A stretch of 64,000 nucleotides of DNA from Octopus vulgaris. Its lineage: Eukaryota. Where the stretch lies: contig OX597816.1 of assembly GCA_951406725.2 (NCBI GenBank), forward strand, positions 172,484,001 through 172,548,000. Direction: 5' to 3'. Both the position numbers and the translations under genes were made by a program. Shown here piece by piece: positions 38,721-51,330 of this stretch; within the stretch, counting starts at the first letter, position 1, and every line of letters starts with the position of its first letter. The notes below the pieces were generated by a model that saw only the letters and a list, made by a program, of their open reading frames with translations, did not search any database and was not told where the DNA came from.

Positions 38721-38853
38721 CTGAAAAATTATGGAAGAGTAACGAATTGGAAAGACAGGGGTGGATAGCAACGCAAGGCAACGCAAAAAGATGAGATTAA
38801 TTGACGGGAAAACCTGGTAGAGTTCTGAGTCCTTCCAATCGACCATATTTACA
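38721..38853 (-). CDS. Candidate coding exon (133 nt, or 40 nt if the weaker donor at 38813 is used)
   Basis: TTATTATTTCATAG acceptor, CAG|GTAACC donor, open frame VNMVDWKDSELYQVFPSINL.. Confidence 0.3.
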
Positions 38854-39026
38854 CTATGAAATAATAATAAAGCAAATAAATAACCAGAGAAAGAAGAATT
38901 GTAATATATCTTCTTTTCTGCTTTAACCTCGTGATGAAACAATTCATTCTTTTGACCATAAAACAATATCATACAGCGAGTTCTCAAAAAACAGACAACG
39001 GAAAACAACATGGAAAAAGAAACTAA

Positions 39027-39093
<67 letters not shown>

Positions 39094-39321
39094 CACGTAC
39101 AAAGCATACCCAAGAATATAAGCGCACTTGCCTCTCGAAAAAACACACAAAAAAACCAAAAAACAACGGGAAGCAGAAATACAAAACAAAAAAACGGAAC
39201 ACGTTAGACGAACCGAAAAAGAATAAATGGGCAGTGTTTTGACATCTAAACGCGCATGCACATATACGCATATGTCTATGTATACACACACACACACGCA
39301 CATATATGTATGTATATATGC

Positions 39322-39388
<67 letters not shown>

Positions 39389-39501
39389 TTTTATATTGAA
39401 TATATATATATATAGGTATGTATGTAACATATACATGCATGTTTCTTTCTCTCTCTTTCTCTCTGTATTTGTGAATGTGTTTATGCATTTGTGTGTGTGT
39501 T

Positions 39502-39572
<71 letters not shown>

Positions 39573-39593
39573 CACACACGGACCAGCTCTTAC

Positions 39594-39643
39594 GCTGCTG
39601 GCTTTTCAAGCATGGAAATATTGGAAACCACTATGTTGGAATA
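39594..39643 (-). CDS. Candidate 50-nt coding micro-exon
   Basis: CAG acceptor, GTAAGA donor, YSNIVVSNISMLEKPA; unique island between microsatellites. Confidence 0.28.
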
Positions 39644-39680
39644 CTGCCGTTCAATATGTGTAGAAAAAACTCAATGGTCA

Positions 39681-39716
39681 ATTATTATTATTATTAATAT
39701 TATTAATATTATTAAA

Positions 39717-39791
<75 letters not shown>

Positions 39792-39825
39792 AATAATATT
39801 ATTATTATTAATAATAATATTATTA

Positions 39826-39877
<52 letters not shown>

Positions 39878-39930
39878 CATTATTATAAGTAGTAGTAGTA
39901 ATGGCAGCAGCAGCAGTAGTAGCAGTAGTA
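39681..39930. repeat. (ATT)n / (AGT/AGC)n microsatellite
   Basis: Direct inspection. Confidence 0.95.
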
Positions 39931-40030
39931 GATGTTGTTTTTGCTCTAGTGTTGATCTTGTGTTTTTCTTGATTTCTTTCAGCGTTATAATTGTTTTTTT
40001 GCTTTTTATTTTGTTGAGAGAGAGGATTTC

Positions 40031-40061
<31 letters not shown>

Positions 40062-40307
40062 TACACACACTTATACACATACATACATACATACATACGT
40101 GCATGCATTCATACATACATATATGCATACATACACACGTATACATATATATATATGTGTGTGTGTGTGTGTTTGTTGAGATCATAGTTTGCCTATTATC
40201 TGCATATATAAGAATGGGTATCTATGTAAATATAAGCAAATGCTTACACACTCACATACACACATACATACATACATACATACATACATACATACATACA
40301 CACATAC

Positions 40308-40411
<104 letters not shown>

Positions 40412-40761
40412 TATACACACATATATATAAAGCAAACAGAGATAATATTCTAGATTCTGCTGGTGCTATAAAGAATACAACCAACTGATTGCTGATCAAT
40501 CAAGCCAAACACATAACGACTAAGAGAAGAATGAATATACAGTATAAGCATGCTGAAATCTTGTTGTATCTGTATGCCATGGGCCAGTGGATAGCGAGAC
40601 GCTCCACTGACCCAGAAGTTTCGGGTTCGAATGCAATGCAAGTTATACAGCTTAGAATCAAGTAAGCATAAAAATAAATTAATCCAACAATGGAAGCAAT
40701 ATATTTGTCGAAGAATTTACACTGGGTATTATTAACCTTCATGCTAAAGTGTATATTATAT

Positions 40762-41615
40762 CAGGCTGAGTAAAAAGTAAGCAACGTTTTAAAACATGAA
40801 ATTCATCACAATATATTTCAACAATGCAGAAATTTTAATCATCAAAGTAAGTACCATTACAATCAACACATTTTTGCCAGCGAGTTACAAATAGTAACAC
40901 AAAAATCTGGAGTTCTGGAGCCGATGAACTCTTTGAACGCACTTTCAGTATCGGTTTGATTTTTGAATTTCTCTGAGGAAGTGGTAGTCGGTGGGAGAAA
41001 GGTCTGAGGAATAAGCTGAATGGGGAAGAACTTCGTAGCTAAGTTCTTTTAACATCTGGAGCGTTATTAGTGAAACGTGTGGTCGAGCATTGTCATGAAG
41101 AATGATTGACCCTCTTCTGTTGACCAGTGTGGGACGGAGGAGTAGCGGTTTTTTGTTCATATTGGCAATTTCATGGCAATATGTTTCTGCAGTAATGGTT
41201 TTTTTTTTTTTCGGTTTTTAAGAAGTTATAGTGGATGAGTCCAGCAGTACACCACCAAACAGTCACCATAACCTTCTTTTTGAAGAGCTCAGGTTTAGGG
41301 AAGATCTTTGGTTCTTCATTTTGGTCCACCCACTGCGACGAACGTTTTTTTTATTATTGTACAGAATCTACTTTTCATTGCAAGTTACAATACGGACAAG
41401 AAATGGATCGGTCTGGTTACGGAGAAGAAGCGACGTGCAAATTTCATACCTGCGCATTTTCTGATTTTCATTCAAATCGTGTGGTACCCTTTTGTCGAGC
41501 TTTTTTGATTTTTCCGATCACATGCAAATGGTTGCAGGCAGTTTTCTGGCTAACTTGAAGTTCTTTTGCCAATTCTCAAGTGGTTTTACATCTATCTTTC
41601 TCAATGACGGTCTTT
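40762..41615 (-). mobile_element. Degraded mariner transposon (3' two-thirds)
   Basis: LVNRRGSIILHDNARPHV..LSYEVLPHSAYSSDLSPTDYHF; TIR-like end TCAGGCTGAGTAAAAAGTAAGCAACG. Confidence 0.88.
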
Positions 41616-41629
41616 AATTGACTTTAATT

Positions 41630-42210
41630 ACAGCAAAATAGGGAAAATACCAGTTACAGTAAAGTCTGTCACATGAAAAGACGAAGCGCAGGAATTTGGG
41701 TAGAAGAAAAAACACACAATAAAATAGAATATCTACTGACTTAGATTCCTTTGAAGAGTAAAAGTGGGAGGGTGTCAAGGTAGAGGATGAAAGATCTGCT
41801 CTCCGGAAGTCAAGCAAATGGAAGTCACCAGAAAAGGATAAAATTCCTAACTTCTGGTTGAATGCCTTCATAAAGATTCATGAACTGCTAACAAAACTTT
41901 ACAAGAATGTTTTGCAACAACCTGGTATGATTCCCTCTTGGTTATTTAATGGTGTTACATTCCTACTTCCAAAAAGTGAAGAAACAAATGAGCCAAAAAA
42001 TTATAGACCCATAACCTGCTTAACAACAATGTATAAAATACTAACATCTGTCTTGACTGAATATACATATAGTTTTTTTTTAATAGAAAGTGGTATATTC
42101 CCTAATGAGCAAAAAAGATGTAAACGTAGGTCTTATGGTTGTAAAGATCAGTTACTCATCAAAAAGATGATCTTAGAATATTATAACAGACGACACAAAA
42201 ACTTGTCCAA
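41630..42210 (+). mobile_element. R4/Dong-like LINE RT N-terminal fragment
   Basis: WKSP.KDKIPNFWL..WLFNGVTFLLPK..PKNYRPITCLTTMYKILTS..EQKRCKRRSYGCKDQLLI. Confidence 0.85.
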
Positions 42211-42419
42211 TATTATGCACCGTGGAACGTAGGACAACGTGGACTTGTAAGTGTGAAAGATTGTGTGGCTAGTGAATGCAAGTATTCAGATTTGTATTTG
42301 GCCAAAAGCAGAGTCTGCCAGCTGCGAGACTGACTACAGGTGTATGTGTGTGTGTGTGTGGGGGGGGGGGCGTACGGAATTACATGGTCTATTCCAAAGA
42401 CAAACGAAGGAACTAAAGT

Positions 42420-42736
42420 GCCTGCACTACCCGAAACATTGCGTACGACCCATTGCCTCATCGTCGTAAGCTTGTCGAAGTATGATCAATGTCTCTGTAT
42501 CAGACTTCCCGAGTTTAACGCAAGATTTCACGTTGGCTCTTTGCTTCAAACTTCCTGTCCCTGAGGAAAATCGCAGACTACTGCATACACGTAATCACAA
42601 AAACAACTTGCAAACTGTCACTCGGCACACTGCCTCATGAAGATCATTGCTAGGTCTCACTGCGCGTGCAATCATGTACTGCCATCTGTTGGCGTGCTAC
42701 GGAACTAGTTCGGAAACTTTTTGATTCCACCTGGTA
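42420..42736 (-). mobile_element. Mariner 5' end with transposase HTH fragment
   Basis: TA-CCAGGTGGAATCAAAAAGTTTCCGAACT terminus; manual translation KQRANVKSCVKLGKSDTETLIILRQAYDDEAMGRTQCF. Confidence 0.8.
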
Positions 42737-42740
42737 CATA

Positions 42741-42789
<49 letters not shown>

Positions 42790-42831
42790 GGTACAAGCAA
42801 TTAAGATTCAAGTGAGTTCTGTTGAACTCAC

Positions 42832-42866
42832 ATGAATATGGTACTTAACTCGGATGCACCAGAAAT
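42832..42866 (-). CDS. Candidate 35-nt micro-exon
   Basis: TAG acceptor (weak pyrimidine tract), GTGAGT donor, FWCIRVKYHIH. Confidence 0.2.
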
Positions 42867-42907
42867 CTATATGGTGTTAACCATACGACAAAGTGGGGTG
42901 ATTATAA

Positions 42908-42995
42908 ATAGGAAAAAAGCAACAAGAATGGATCAATATTTCGTACGAAACAATTGTACCGAAATATTGATCCATTCTTGTTGCTTTTTTCCTAT
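42908..42995. repeat. Perfect 36-bp inverted repeat with 16-nt loop
   Basis: ATAGGAAAAAAGCAACAAGAATGGATCAATATTTCG and its reverse complement at 42960-42995. Confidence 0.92.
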
Positions 42996-43030
42996 ATATA
43001 TATATAATCAATGGACTTCCGCACAGTTTC

Positions 43031-43262
43031 CTATTTCTTTACTACCTACAAGGGGCTAAACATAGAGGGGACAAACAAGGACAGACATAGGTATTAAGTC
43101 GATTACATCGACCCCAGTGCGTAACTGGTACTTATTTAATCGACCCCGAAAGGATGAAAGGCAAAGTCGACCTCGGCGGAATTTGAACTCAGAACAAGGC
43201 GGCAGACGAAATACCGTTCAGCATTTCGCCCGGTGTGCTAACGATTCTGCCAGCTCGCCGCC
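43031..43262 (-). mobile_element. SINE family C inserted into a degenerate family A SINE
   Basis: Full C copy; ACAGTTTCC on both sides and family A sequence continues to ~43350. Confidence 0.85.
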
Positions 43263-43797
43263 TTTAACGTTCGTACAGTTTCCGTCGACCAAAGCCACTC
43301 GGAAGACTTTGGTCGGCCCGGGATTATAGTAGAAGACACTTTCTCAACGTAATGTGTAGTGATCAACTAAGCCTAATTATAGAAGTAACCTGCTTCTTTG
43401 TTTCTTTTCTCTTGTTCTGCTTTCTCCACCTATTGGATATATCTGTTCGTGAGCACTCGTGTATGTGCGTGTGTGTATGTGCATGTGCGTGTGTGTGTGT
43501 GTGTGTGTGTGCGTGTGTGCATGTGTGTGTGTGTTTGTGTGTGCGTGTGTGATAAAAATTTCATGCTACGAGGAAATATATATTCCAAACCTCGTGGATG
43601 TGTATTTGCATAAAGTCAAGCAGTAACAAAGCGACTTGAAACATCAAAATTGATTCTTACTCCATATTTCGATCAAACAGATATTAGTCATGAAATGAAA
43701 CACGGAAATTTCAGTAGGTCTCGTATAAAAAAATCAATATGTGCGTGTGTGTTTGCCTTTATCTGTGACTAAGTATGCGTAAATGTATATGTATATA

Positions 43798-44978
43798 TTG
43801 GGTTATTCCATACATAATGCGGTTTTTTTTATACTTTCTTTATTTTCAAAATTAAGATAAACAAAGTTTTTTTAAATCTAAAATATACTCTCCTTCATTT
43901 TCTACAATGCTCTTCCATCTATCTGGTAGACTTGCAAGGCCCCTCTTCCAAAATTCACTTGTCTGTGATGCAAAATACTCCTCCAGTACTGTTCTGACCT
44001 CGTCTACAGAATTCATATTTTTTCAGTCCAAATGATTTTGAAAACTACGGAATAAATGATAATCAGTTGGGGCAATGTCTGGTAAATATGGTGGGTGAGG
44101 CATCATTTCCTATTCAAACTGCTCCAGCCTTTGGAATGTCATCCTCGCTGTATGTAGCCGAGCATTATCCTGATGGAAAACTCTTTTCGTCTTGAAATCA
44201 AAGATGGTCGTTTTTCTTCTAACGCTGACTTAAGCCACTCAAGCTGCTCGCAGTAGATCTCCTTTGTTATCGTTTGGTTTGGATTTAAAGGTTCAAAGTG
44301 GACTGAACCTTTCATATCCCACCAAACAGATAACAACACCTTACGTGGGTGAAGACCTTCTTTAGCTTGGGGTGCCGGTGTTTCTCCTTTCCTTAACCAC
44401 TGTCTTCGACGTTTGGCATTTTATGGGAACCCATTTCTTGTCACCAGTCACTATTCAGTCGAAAAAAGGTTCATTCATGAGACGTGACAGCAAAGAAGAG
44501 CACACATTCACTCTCTGCACGCGATTAGACTTGGAAAGTTTGTGAGGAATCCACTGACTCAATTTGCTGACTTTTCCGATGTCCTCTTCGAGCTCTACAG
44601 ATCTTCTAGGACAAGGCTCGTCTTCTAGACTGTAGTTTCCGGCTCAGAATTTCTGGAATCACTGTTGACACTGACTTCCACTTATTGTCCAATCCCCATA
44701 TACTGCATTAATATTCCTCTCACACTTTCTGTTGCGTTGTTGCCATTATTGAACTCATAAAGCAAAATATGGCAAATATGTTCCTTTGTCACTTCCATTA
44801 TAGCTTTGCAAAAATAAGTGTTAAACTCGAACTGAACTCTTCATAACTTGCACTAAGAATAAGTACAGGGTAAAATTACTTCCAGCTTTTAAAGCAAGTT
44901 GATGCAGGAAGTTTATCCTGTCCTCCTCTGATTTTTATTTCATGCAATTAAAAAAACCGCATTATTCATGTGATGACT

Positions 44979-44981
<3 letters not shown>
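43798..44981 (-). mobile_element. Near full-length degraded mariner transposon
   Basis: Imperfect TIRs TTG.GT.AT..CAT..ATAATGCGGTTTTTT with TA flanks; LLSVWWDMKG..LNPNQTITKEIYCEQL..EKRPSL. Confidence 0.9.
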
Positions 44982-45038
<57 letters not shown>

Positions 45039-45049
45039 TATATATAATA

Positions 45050-45330
45050 TATATATAACTGAGAATGCGTGTCTGTCTGTTTGTCTGTCTGTGTGTTTCC
45101 CTAAAACTTGAGAACTACACAACCAATTTCATTCAAATTTTACACATGCCTTACTTAGTGTCCATGTAGTTTCATGGGCAAAAAGAATGTTCAACTTCTT
45201 GCCTAGGGCGAGCCCATAGCAATATCATATCTTCTCCACTATTTCAGTATTACGTGTTAAAAGTGAAACAAAAACATTTCTCTATTTCATGTCAGATACT
45301 TTCACTTTAACAATAAAAATTAGAGATAAT
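45050..45330 (+). mobile_element. Helitron-like 5' end
   Basis: TATATAA..(GTCT)n..AACTACACAACCAATTTCATTCAAATTTTACAC. Confidence 0.5.
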
Positions 45331-45984
45331 AATAACAATTGAATTATATGTAGTAAGTAATACTTAAAATCAAACTAAAGTATAATATAATCGTAACATA
45401 ACAAAAGTAAAAATTGCAATTGGTATAAAATTGCATCAATGACTTGAACTTGAATAAGTGGTTTCACATGAATGGGAATAAATAAAAAATAAAATTTAAG
45501 TGCAGATGGAGCTGTGCACATACCGTTTACCACGGCTTTTACATTAGCTTATCTGCTAATTAGCTAGCATTAAGTTTGGCTGTATGTAATGTCTGTTTTC
45601 TCGAACAGCCGCTTCTACTGAGTACTGCTGTTGGTTTATTTCTTATACATAAAGGACTATAGCTTCAACTGCGTACTGCTTTTTGATTCACCGTAAGGTT
45701 TGTTATTATTACTGTTTAACTATCGTTATCACGTTTGTTGGTTCCTCGTAAGGGAAACGGTGTTGTGTTGCATTTGTTAAATAATTGTAAACTGTAACCC
45801 TCCCCCTTTGGGAAAGGAGCTTTGGTTATTGTTTAAAAATTGAATTGTGTCCCTGTTTGGGGAAATTGACAATATTTTTACCGTTTATACGGAAGCAGTT
45901 TTGTTAGAATGCCTTCGATAGAAGAAAGTCCAAAAATTAATTTCGCTGCAGCCGTCGGCGGGCGCGAACTCATTAAAATTAAAA

Positions 45985-46430
45985 TGGAAGAAATACAAAC
46001 CTATTTCGGATTGATCACCGACAAAGACGGTGAATCTAGGATAACACCACCAAACGAAATAAAAAATTAAATTAAAGAAAAGACTATTTCTATAAAGTAT
46101 ACAATGTAGAGAAAAAAAAAGATTTGAACACCTGGAGGAAAGCACCATCGAAAAGTGTCTTGGTGCAACTATAAAAGATATCTAACCAGAGGCGGTAAAT
46201 TCGCCACAATAGAAGCAAGGTTCGAGTCAACGGAGCGTGCAAGGGAGTACTCGACTCGAACCTTGCAAAGTGGAAATATTTTATTTTTACCTTTATATCT
46301 AGGACGTAGGACGTCCCGGATAAAAATTAAAAATGTCCCCCCAGAAGTAGAGGTAGGCTGGATTGTAGCCACACTTCTATACAAGAGGGAGGACAAGATA
46401 CAATTGATCGAAATTGCAAGAGACGGGCCT
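45985..46430 (+). mobile_element. Degraded non-LTR ORF1 (L1/Tx1-like RRM) fragment
   Basis: YLTRGGKFATIEARF..LPLYLGRRTSRIKIKNVPPEV resembles ORF1 RRM regions; upstream stops. Confidence 0.4.
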
Positions 46431-46613
46431 ACAATTCCAGTCTGTTATATATTTTGAGTATTGTTATCACTAGCGATATCAATATATAACTTTGTATTTT
46501 GTATTTTATGTGTAGATGTATATATATAGATGTACATGTAATATGTACACATATATATATACACATATATACATGCACTAGTACTATGACCCGGCAACGA
46601 CAGCTCATAATGC

Positions 46614-46685
<72 letters not shown>

Positions 46686-46689
46686 ATAC

Positions 46690-46920
46690 GTGTTTCAGCC
46701 ATCTGACTGCGGCTATGCTGGAGCACCACCTTAAAGGGTTTTTTAGTCGAAGAAATCGAATCCAGGACTTATACTTTGTAAGCCTATTACCTATTCTATC
46801 GGTCTCTTTTGCCGAGTCACTAAGTTACGAGAACATAAACACATCAACCTCGGTTGTTAAGCGATGGTTGGGGTATAGGAGATAAAAAGAGATACAAAGA
46901 CACACACACATAAACATATA
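46690..46920 (-). mobile_element. SINE family A tail fragment
   Basis: GACTGCGGCTATGCTGGAGCACC..CTATCGGTCTCTTTTGCCGA. Confidence 0.8.
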
Positions 46921-47539
46921 TATTATATATATATATATATATGTACACATATCGAGGTCTCATCGATAAGTATCCGGATTGTTGACATAGTAACGAAGCT
47001 AAAGCACGCATAGAGAAGCTGCTTAATAAAGATTGACCTTGAACTCTGCTGTGCAATGCGCATTAAGTTTTAACGTTCTAGTTCCCTTCCACTGTTTACA
47101 GCAGTGCTATGAAGGAAGGTGTGTAGCGTGCGATCGTCGCATTGATCATGACAGAGAACGTTTTCATGGCGTGTTCTGGTGAAATCCTAACACCCTGTGG
47201 AATAGTAAGTCAACTGTATAAAGGCGCATGCACACTGTCGATGAGGGACAGTGTAGTGTGCGCGCCTTTTGGTTATTTTGTATCTTTGCGGATGGGATGT
47301 TCTTTGTTGGGGGTGGCTCCTTAGTGGGGTTGCCTATTGTTGGCGATTGTTTTGACTTGTGATATTGTTTGCTTTTGTTGTGTTTTTTTACCCTAGTGGG
47401 TGCGAAAATTGCAGAGAATATTTCTATGTGTTGTAAATCTATTTATAATCTACATTCAGATTTATTTGTATGTCTAATGTAAAACTTAATGTTCATCTGT
47501 TTCTACATTCATTGTAAATCTATTTCAAAACTAGCGCTC

Positions 47540-47980
47540 CTATACCCTGGGAACAAGCAAAAGCCTTTTTCAGAGTTATTTACTTTGAATTGTTATTATC
47601 TCATATCTGATTAGTCTGTTATTACGTAACATGCTTCACGATTTTGGCATACACACCTTATTGGTATTTCCTCCTAAGTTCTATATACTTTGGGAATGCA
47701 TTAAAACCATTTTTGGAGCTACTTTATTTGAATTCTTACTATCGGGTAATTAATTTCATGTTATTACGTAACTGACTTCACGATTTGGCTATTCATAATT
47801 TATTGGGATTTCCTAAAAACAAGATCCTATGTAACAGTTCGATATACTCTATAAATGCATAAAAACCGTTTTAAGGGCTACATACTTTGTATTGTTGTTA
47901 TTGGATTAACGAAACAACTATGAGAACGGAACCAAGGGATAAGCCCCGCTTTTCCGGGAATTACCGGGTACGTCAGCTAG
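47540..47980 (+). mobile_element. Helitron-like 3' end
   Basis: CCGG-GAATTA-CCGG hairpin then CTAG|T; internal direct repeat TATTACGTAAC..CTTCACGATT at ~47620 and ~47762. Confidence 0.5.
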
Positions 47981-48414
47981 TATATATATATGTATGAATG
48001 TATGTATATATGTATATGTATGTATCCAACTAGTCGAAACTTCGAAGTCACTGTCAATAATATTCTTATTTAAGAATAATATATTTGTACTCTACAGAAG
48101 TATAGAGTAACCCATGAGATTAATGTAAAGTTATTTTTATTGTAGGTGAACATAAAACACACACACATACACACACACATACGCACACACACATACATAC
48201 ATACAAGTTAAACTGAATTGATTTTCTCCCAAGTGAAATCACTGCCATCATTGTGTGAACTGTTTTATGATTGTGATGACCACTTGTCTGTGGTTGCTCT
48301 GTTTTCCATTGGTTGTCTTGCATGCATCTCATATCAACTTTGACGTTTTTTTAAAAAGTTTTAATTGATATTCTTTATAATCTTTCTATCTAATCTCGCG
48401 GTCAATAGAGAGAT

Positions 48415-49890
48415 CGTTAACAGGGTCACCCCGCCCCCTCTACGATGCTTTGGCTAGGAACGGGTTTACTGAGAAGCTCACGTATGTGAACAACACTCAA
48501 ACACCCTCTCCCCGCCCCAAAAGGATTAGGAAAAGGAAAATTATATGGTATAACCCACTTTCAACCTAGAAGTTTCTACCAACGTAGCTATGGGCTTCTT
48601 GTCGTTAATTAAGACACACTTTGCCAGAGGCCACAAGTATTACAAACTCTTCAACCTCCATAATGTGGAGGCGAGCTACTCTTTGCTTAAATAACATCGC
48701 GTCTAACATCGCACGCATCAACAGACGTAAAAATGCACCCACACCACCCCAACCTGCAACTTCCGAAACCCCACCATGTGCCCTCTAGAAGGATCCTTCC
48801 TCTCAAGGGCCGTAGTATACAGAGCCACCCTTGCACCATCCGATGGCATTACTAGGCACTATACGGGTATGACAGCTAATGAATTCAAGGGAAGATACTC
48901 CCAGCATATGCACTCGTTCAGATCCAGGGACAGACAGAACTCTACTTCCCTGTCAAATTTTCTTTGGAGACTTCGTGACCTCTGAGACGAAACACCCAGC
49001 ATCAAGTGAACTATTGTCGACAGAGCACCACCATATTTACCAGGCGCCCCCAACTGCCAGCTCTGCCTCCGCGAAAAACTGCATATTCTTCAACAACTCG
49101 CAGTATCCATCAACAAGCAATACGATTTATCTTATTGCTGTCGCTAGCTGTATACCGTTCTGGCAAATTTCAAGCCCCTGACTGCCGACTGCCTGGATGT
49201 ATCACTTTAGTACCAGCTGCTACTCTGCACCACCTGCATCAAGGTCAATGTCTCCAACCAACCCCATGCGCAGGACCACCAATTACCAATCCCCAATGCT
49301 TACCAATTCTCAACGCTTACCAATACCCAACGCTTGTTATGCACATGTATGCCCATGCATGCGCGCGTGCGTGAGTACGCATGTGCATGCGCATGCGTGT
49401 GTGTGCTCACACTAATATACAGGTGTGTATACATATGTACATATAAATGAATGTGCACGTGTATGTACGTATATGTGTGTGTGTGTGCGGGTATGCGCTT
49501 GCGCGTTCGCTCATGTATATGTGTATGTGGGGAGGTGTATGCTCGCCCAGTTACAGATGCACACACTCGCATCAATGCAAACATGCACGCAAAGCCATAT
49601 GAACCCGTCTACACACCCGCATATAAAACTATATACGTTCAGATACCACCCCTGCCTACTTCCCCTCCAATAACCCGACCGATTTCCTGTCCACCACGCG
49701 GTGGATTTTCTGTTTTCCATACGGTATTTTCCAAGTGACTATTGTCGCTGATATACCGATGTACCAACATCAAACCACTACACCGTGTGACTTTCCTCGA
49801 CCAATCACAGCCCACCTTACGGTAATAGCAATGAACTTCTCTCATTCAAATTCAAAATGGCTGGTGTCTAGCATCACGCTTGAAACACGG
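48415..49890 (+). mobile_element. Penelope-like element (Neptune-like) 3' part with C-terminal GIY-YIG endonuclease
   Basis: RKRKIIWYNP..STNVA..KLFNLHNV..SYS; CPLEG..VVYRA..YTGMTANEFKGRYSQHMHSF..TSLSNFLWRLRD..CQLCLREKLHI; frameshifts and stops. Confidence 0.85.
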
Positions 49891-49907
49891 AGTATATACT
49901 CTTTTAC

Positions 49908-50315
49908 TCTTTTACTTGTTTCAGTCATTTGACTGCGGCCATGCTGGAGCACCGCCTTTTAGTCGAGCAAATCGACCCCGGGACTTATACTTTGTAAGCC
50001 CAGTACTTATTCTATCGGTCTCTTTTGCCGAACCGCTAAGTGACGGGGACGTAAACACACCAGCATCGGTTGTCAAGCAATGCTAGGAGGACAAACATAC
50101 ACACGCAAACACACACACATACACATATATACACATATATACATATATATATACGACAGGCTTCTTTCAGTTTCCGTCTACCAAATCCACTCACAAGGCA
50201 TTGGTCGGCCCGGGGCTATAGCAGAAGACACTTGCCCAAGGTGCCACGCAGTGGGACTGAATCCGGAACCATGTGGTTGGTTAGCAAGCTACTTACCACA
50301 CAGCCACTCCTGCGC
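49908..50315 (-). mobile_element. SINE family A
   Basis: Full-length reverse copy. Confidence 0.9.
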
Positions 50316-50316
50316 C

Positions 50317-50413
<97 letters not shown>

Positions 50414-50817
50414 TTTCCGGGCGGATACCGTGGTGGTTCTCACATAAGTTCTAGTCTACGGCTAACCCCATAGATCAGTATTTAACATCCATGACTACCT
50501 TGGTTTTCAGTCATTCTGTGAATTCTTCTCATGGGTAATTCCGTGTTCGCTTCGCTGGCCGGTAATATTGTTTGAAGTAATATTAGTAATAATTATATAG
50601 AGTATAGAGACTTGTTCATCCTCAAAATTTATTTTATCTCATTTTATACAGCTTATCATTATGACCTACATGTGTTTTCACTGCAGAGACTGCTGGGAGT
50701 TACAGATACAACTTGGCGCCAATGTCAGTGCAGATTCTTCAGGGTCTGTCCTATTGGTCACTCTCGAAGCGAACAGTTCGCTTCGTGACTGGCGAAATGG
50801 ATTAACAAGTCTTCATC

Positions 50818-51330
50818 TCTATCTATATAAAATTCTTTGTTTCTCTGTCTGTCTGTTTCCTATGCATTCTCAAACTGCTCCACCAAATCAAATCAAATTT
50901 TACAAGGTAATTGTATTAGACCTCGCGAGTGTCAACATGTAATCGTTATTTTCATTTGGATTAAAACAATATAACATTTTAGTGATATTCTTTCTATAGT
51001 CAACTATAGCAAAGGGCACATTTTGTATACGAAGTCACATTTTGTATATGAGTATGGATGTGTCTGTGAGTGTGTATTTGTGTTTCCGCATTCGTTACGC
51101 ACAATATAGTAAAGGACATTTTATATCACGACGACGACGACATATTTTGTATATGAGTGTGTATGTATCTGTGTGTGTGTGTGTGTTTGTGCGTTCGTTA
51201 CGTACGACACAGTAAAGGATATTTATACCACCACCACCACCACCACCACCACGACACATTTTTTATATGCGTGTATATGTGTGCGTGAGTGAGTGTGTGT
51301 TTGTACGTTCGTTTAATATGTTTGTGACAT
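50818..51330 (+). mobile_element. Helitron-like 5' end with internal tandem repeats
   Basis: TCTATCTATATAAAA..(CTGT)n..ACCAAATCAAATCAAATTTT; repeated ACATTTTGTATA..CGTTACG..AGTAAAGGA units. Confidence 0.45.

Noticed and set aside
48980-49010. In-frame TGA codons in the Penelope endonuclease as possible selenocysteine recoding
   Set aside because: The element has frameshifts elsewhere; the TGAs are simply explained as CGA/TGG decay; no SECIS identified
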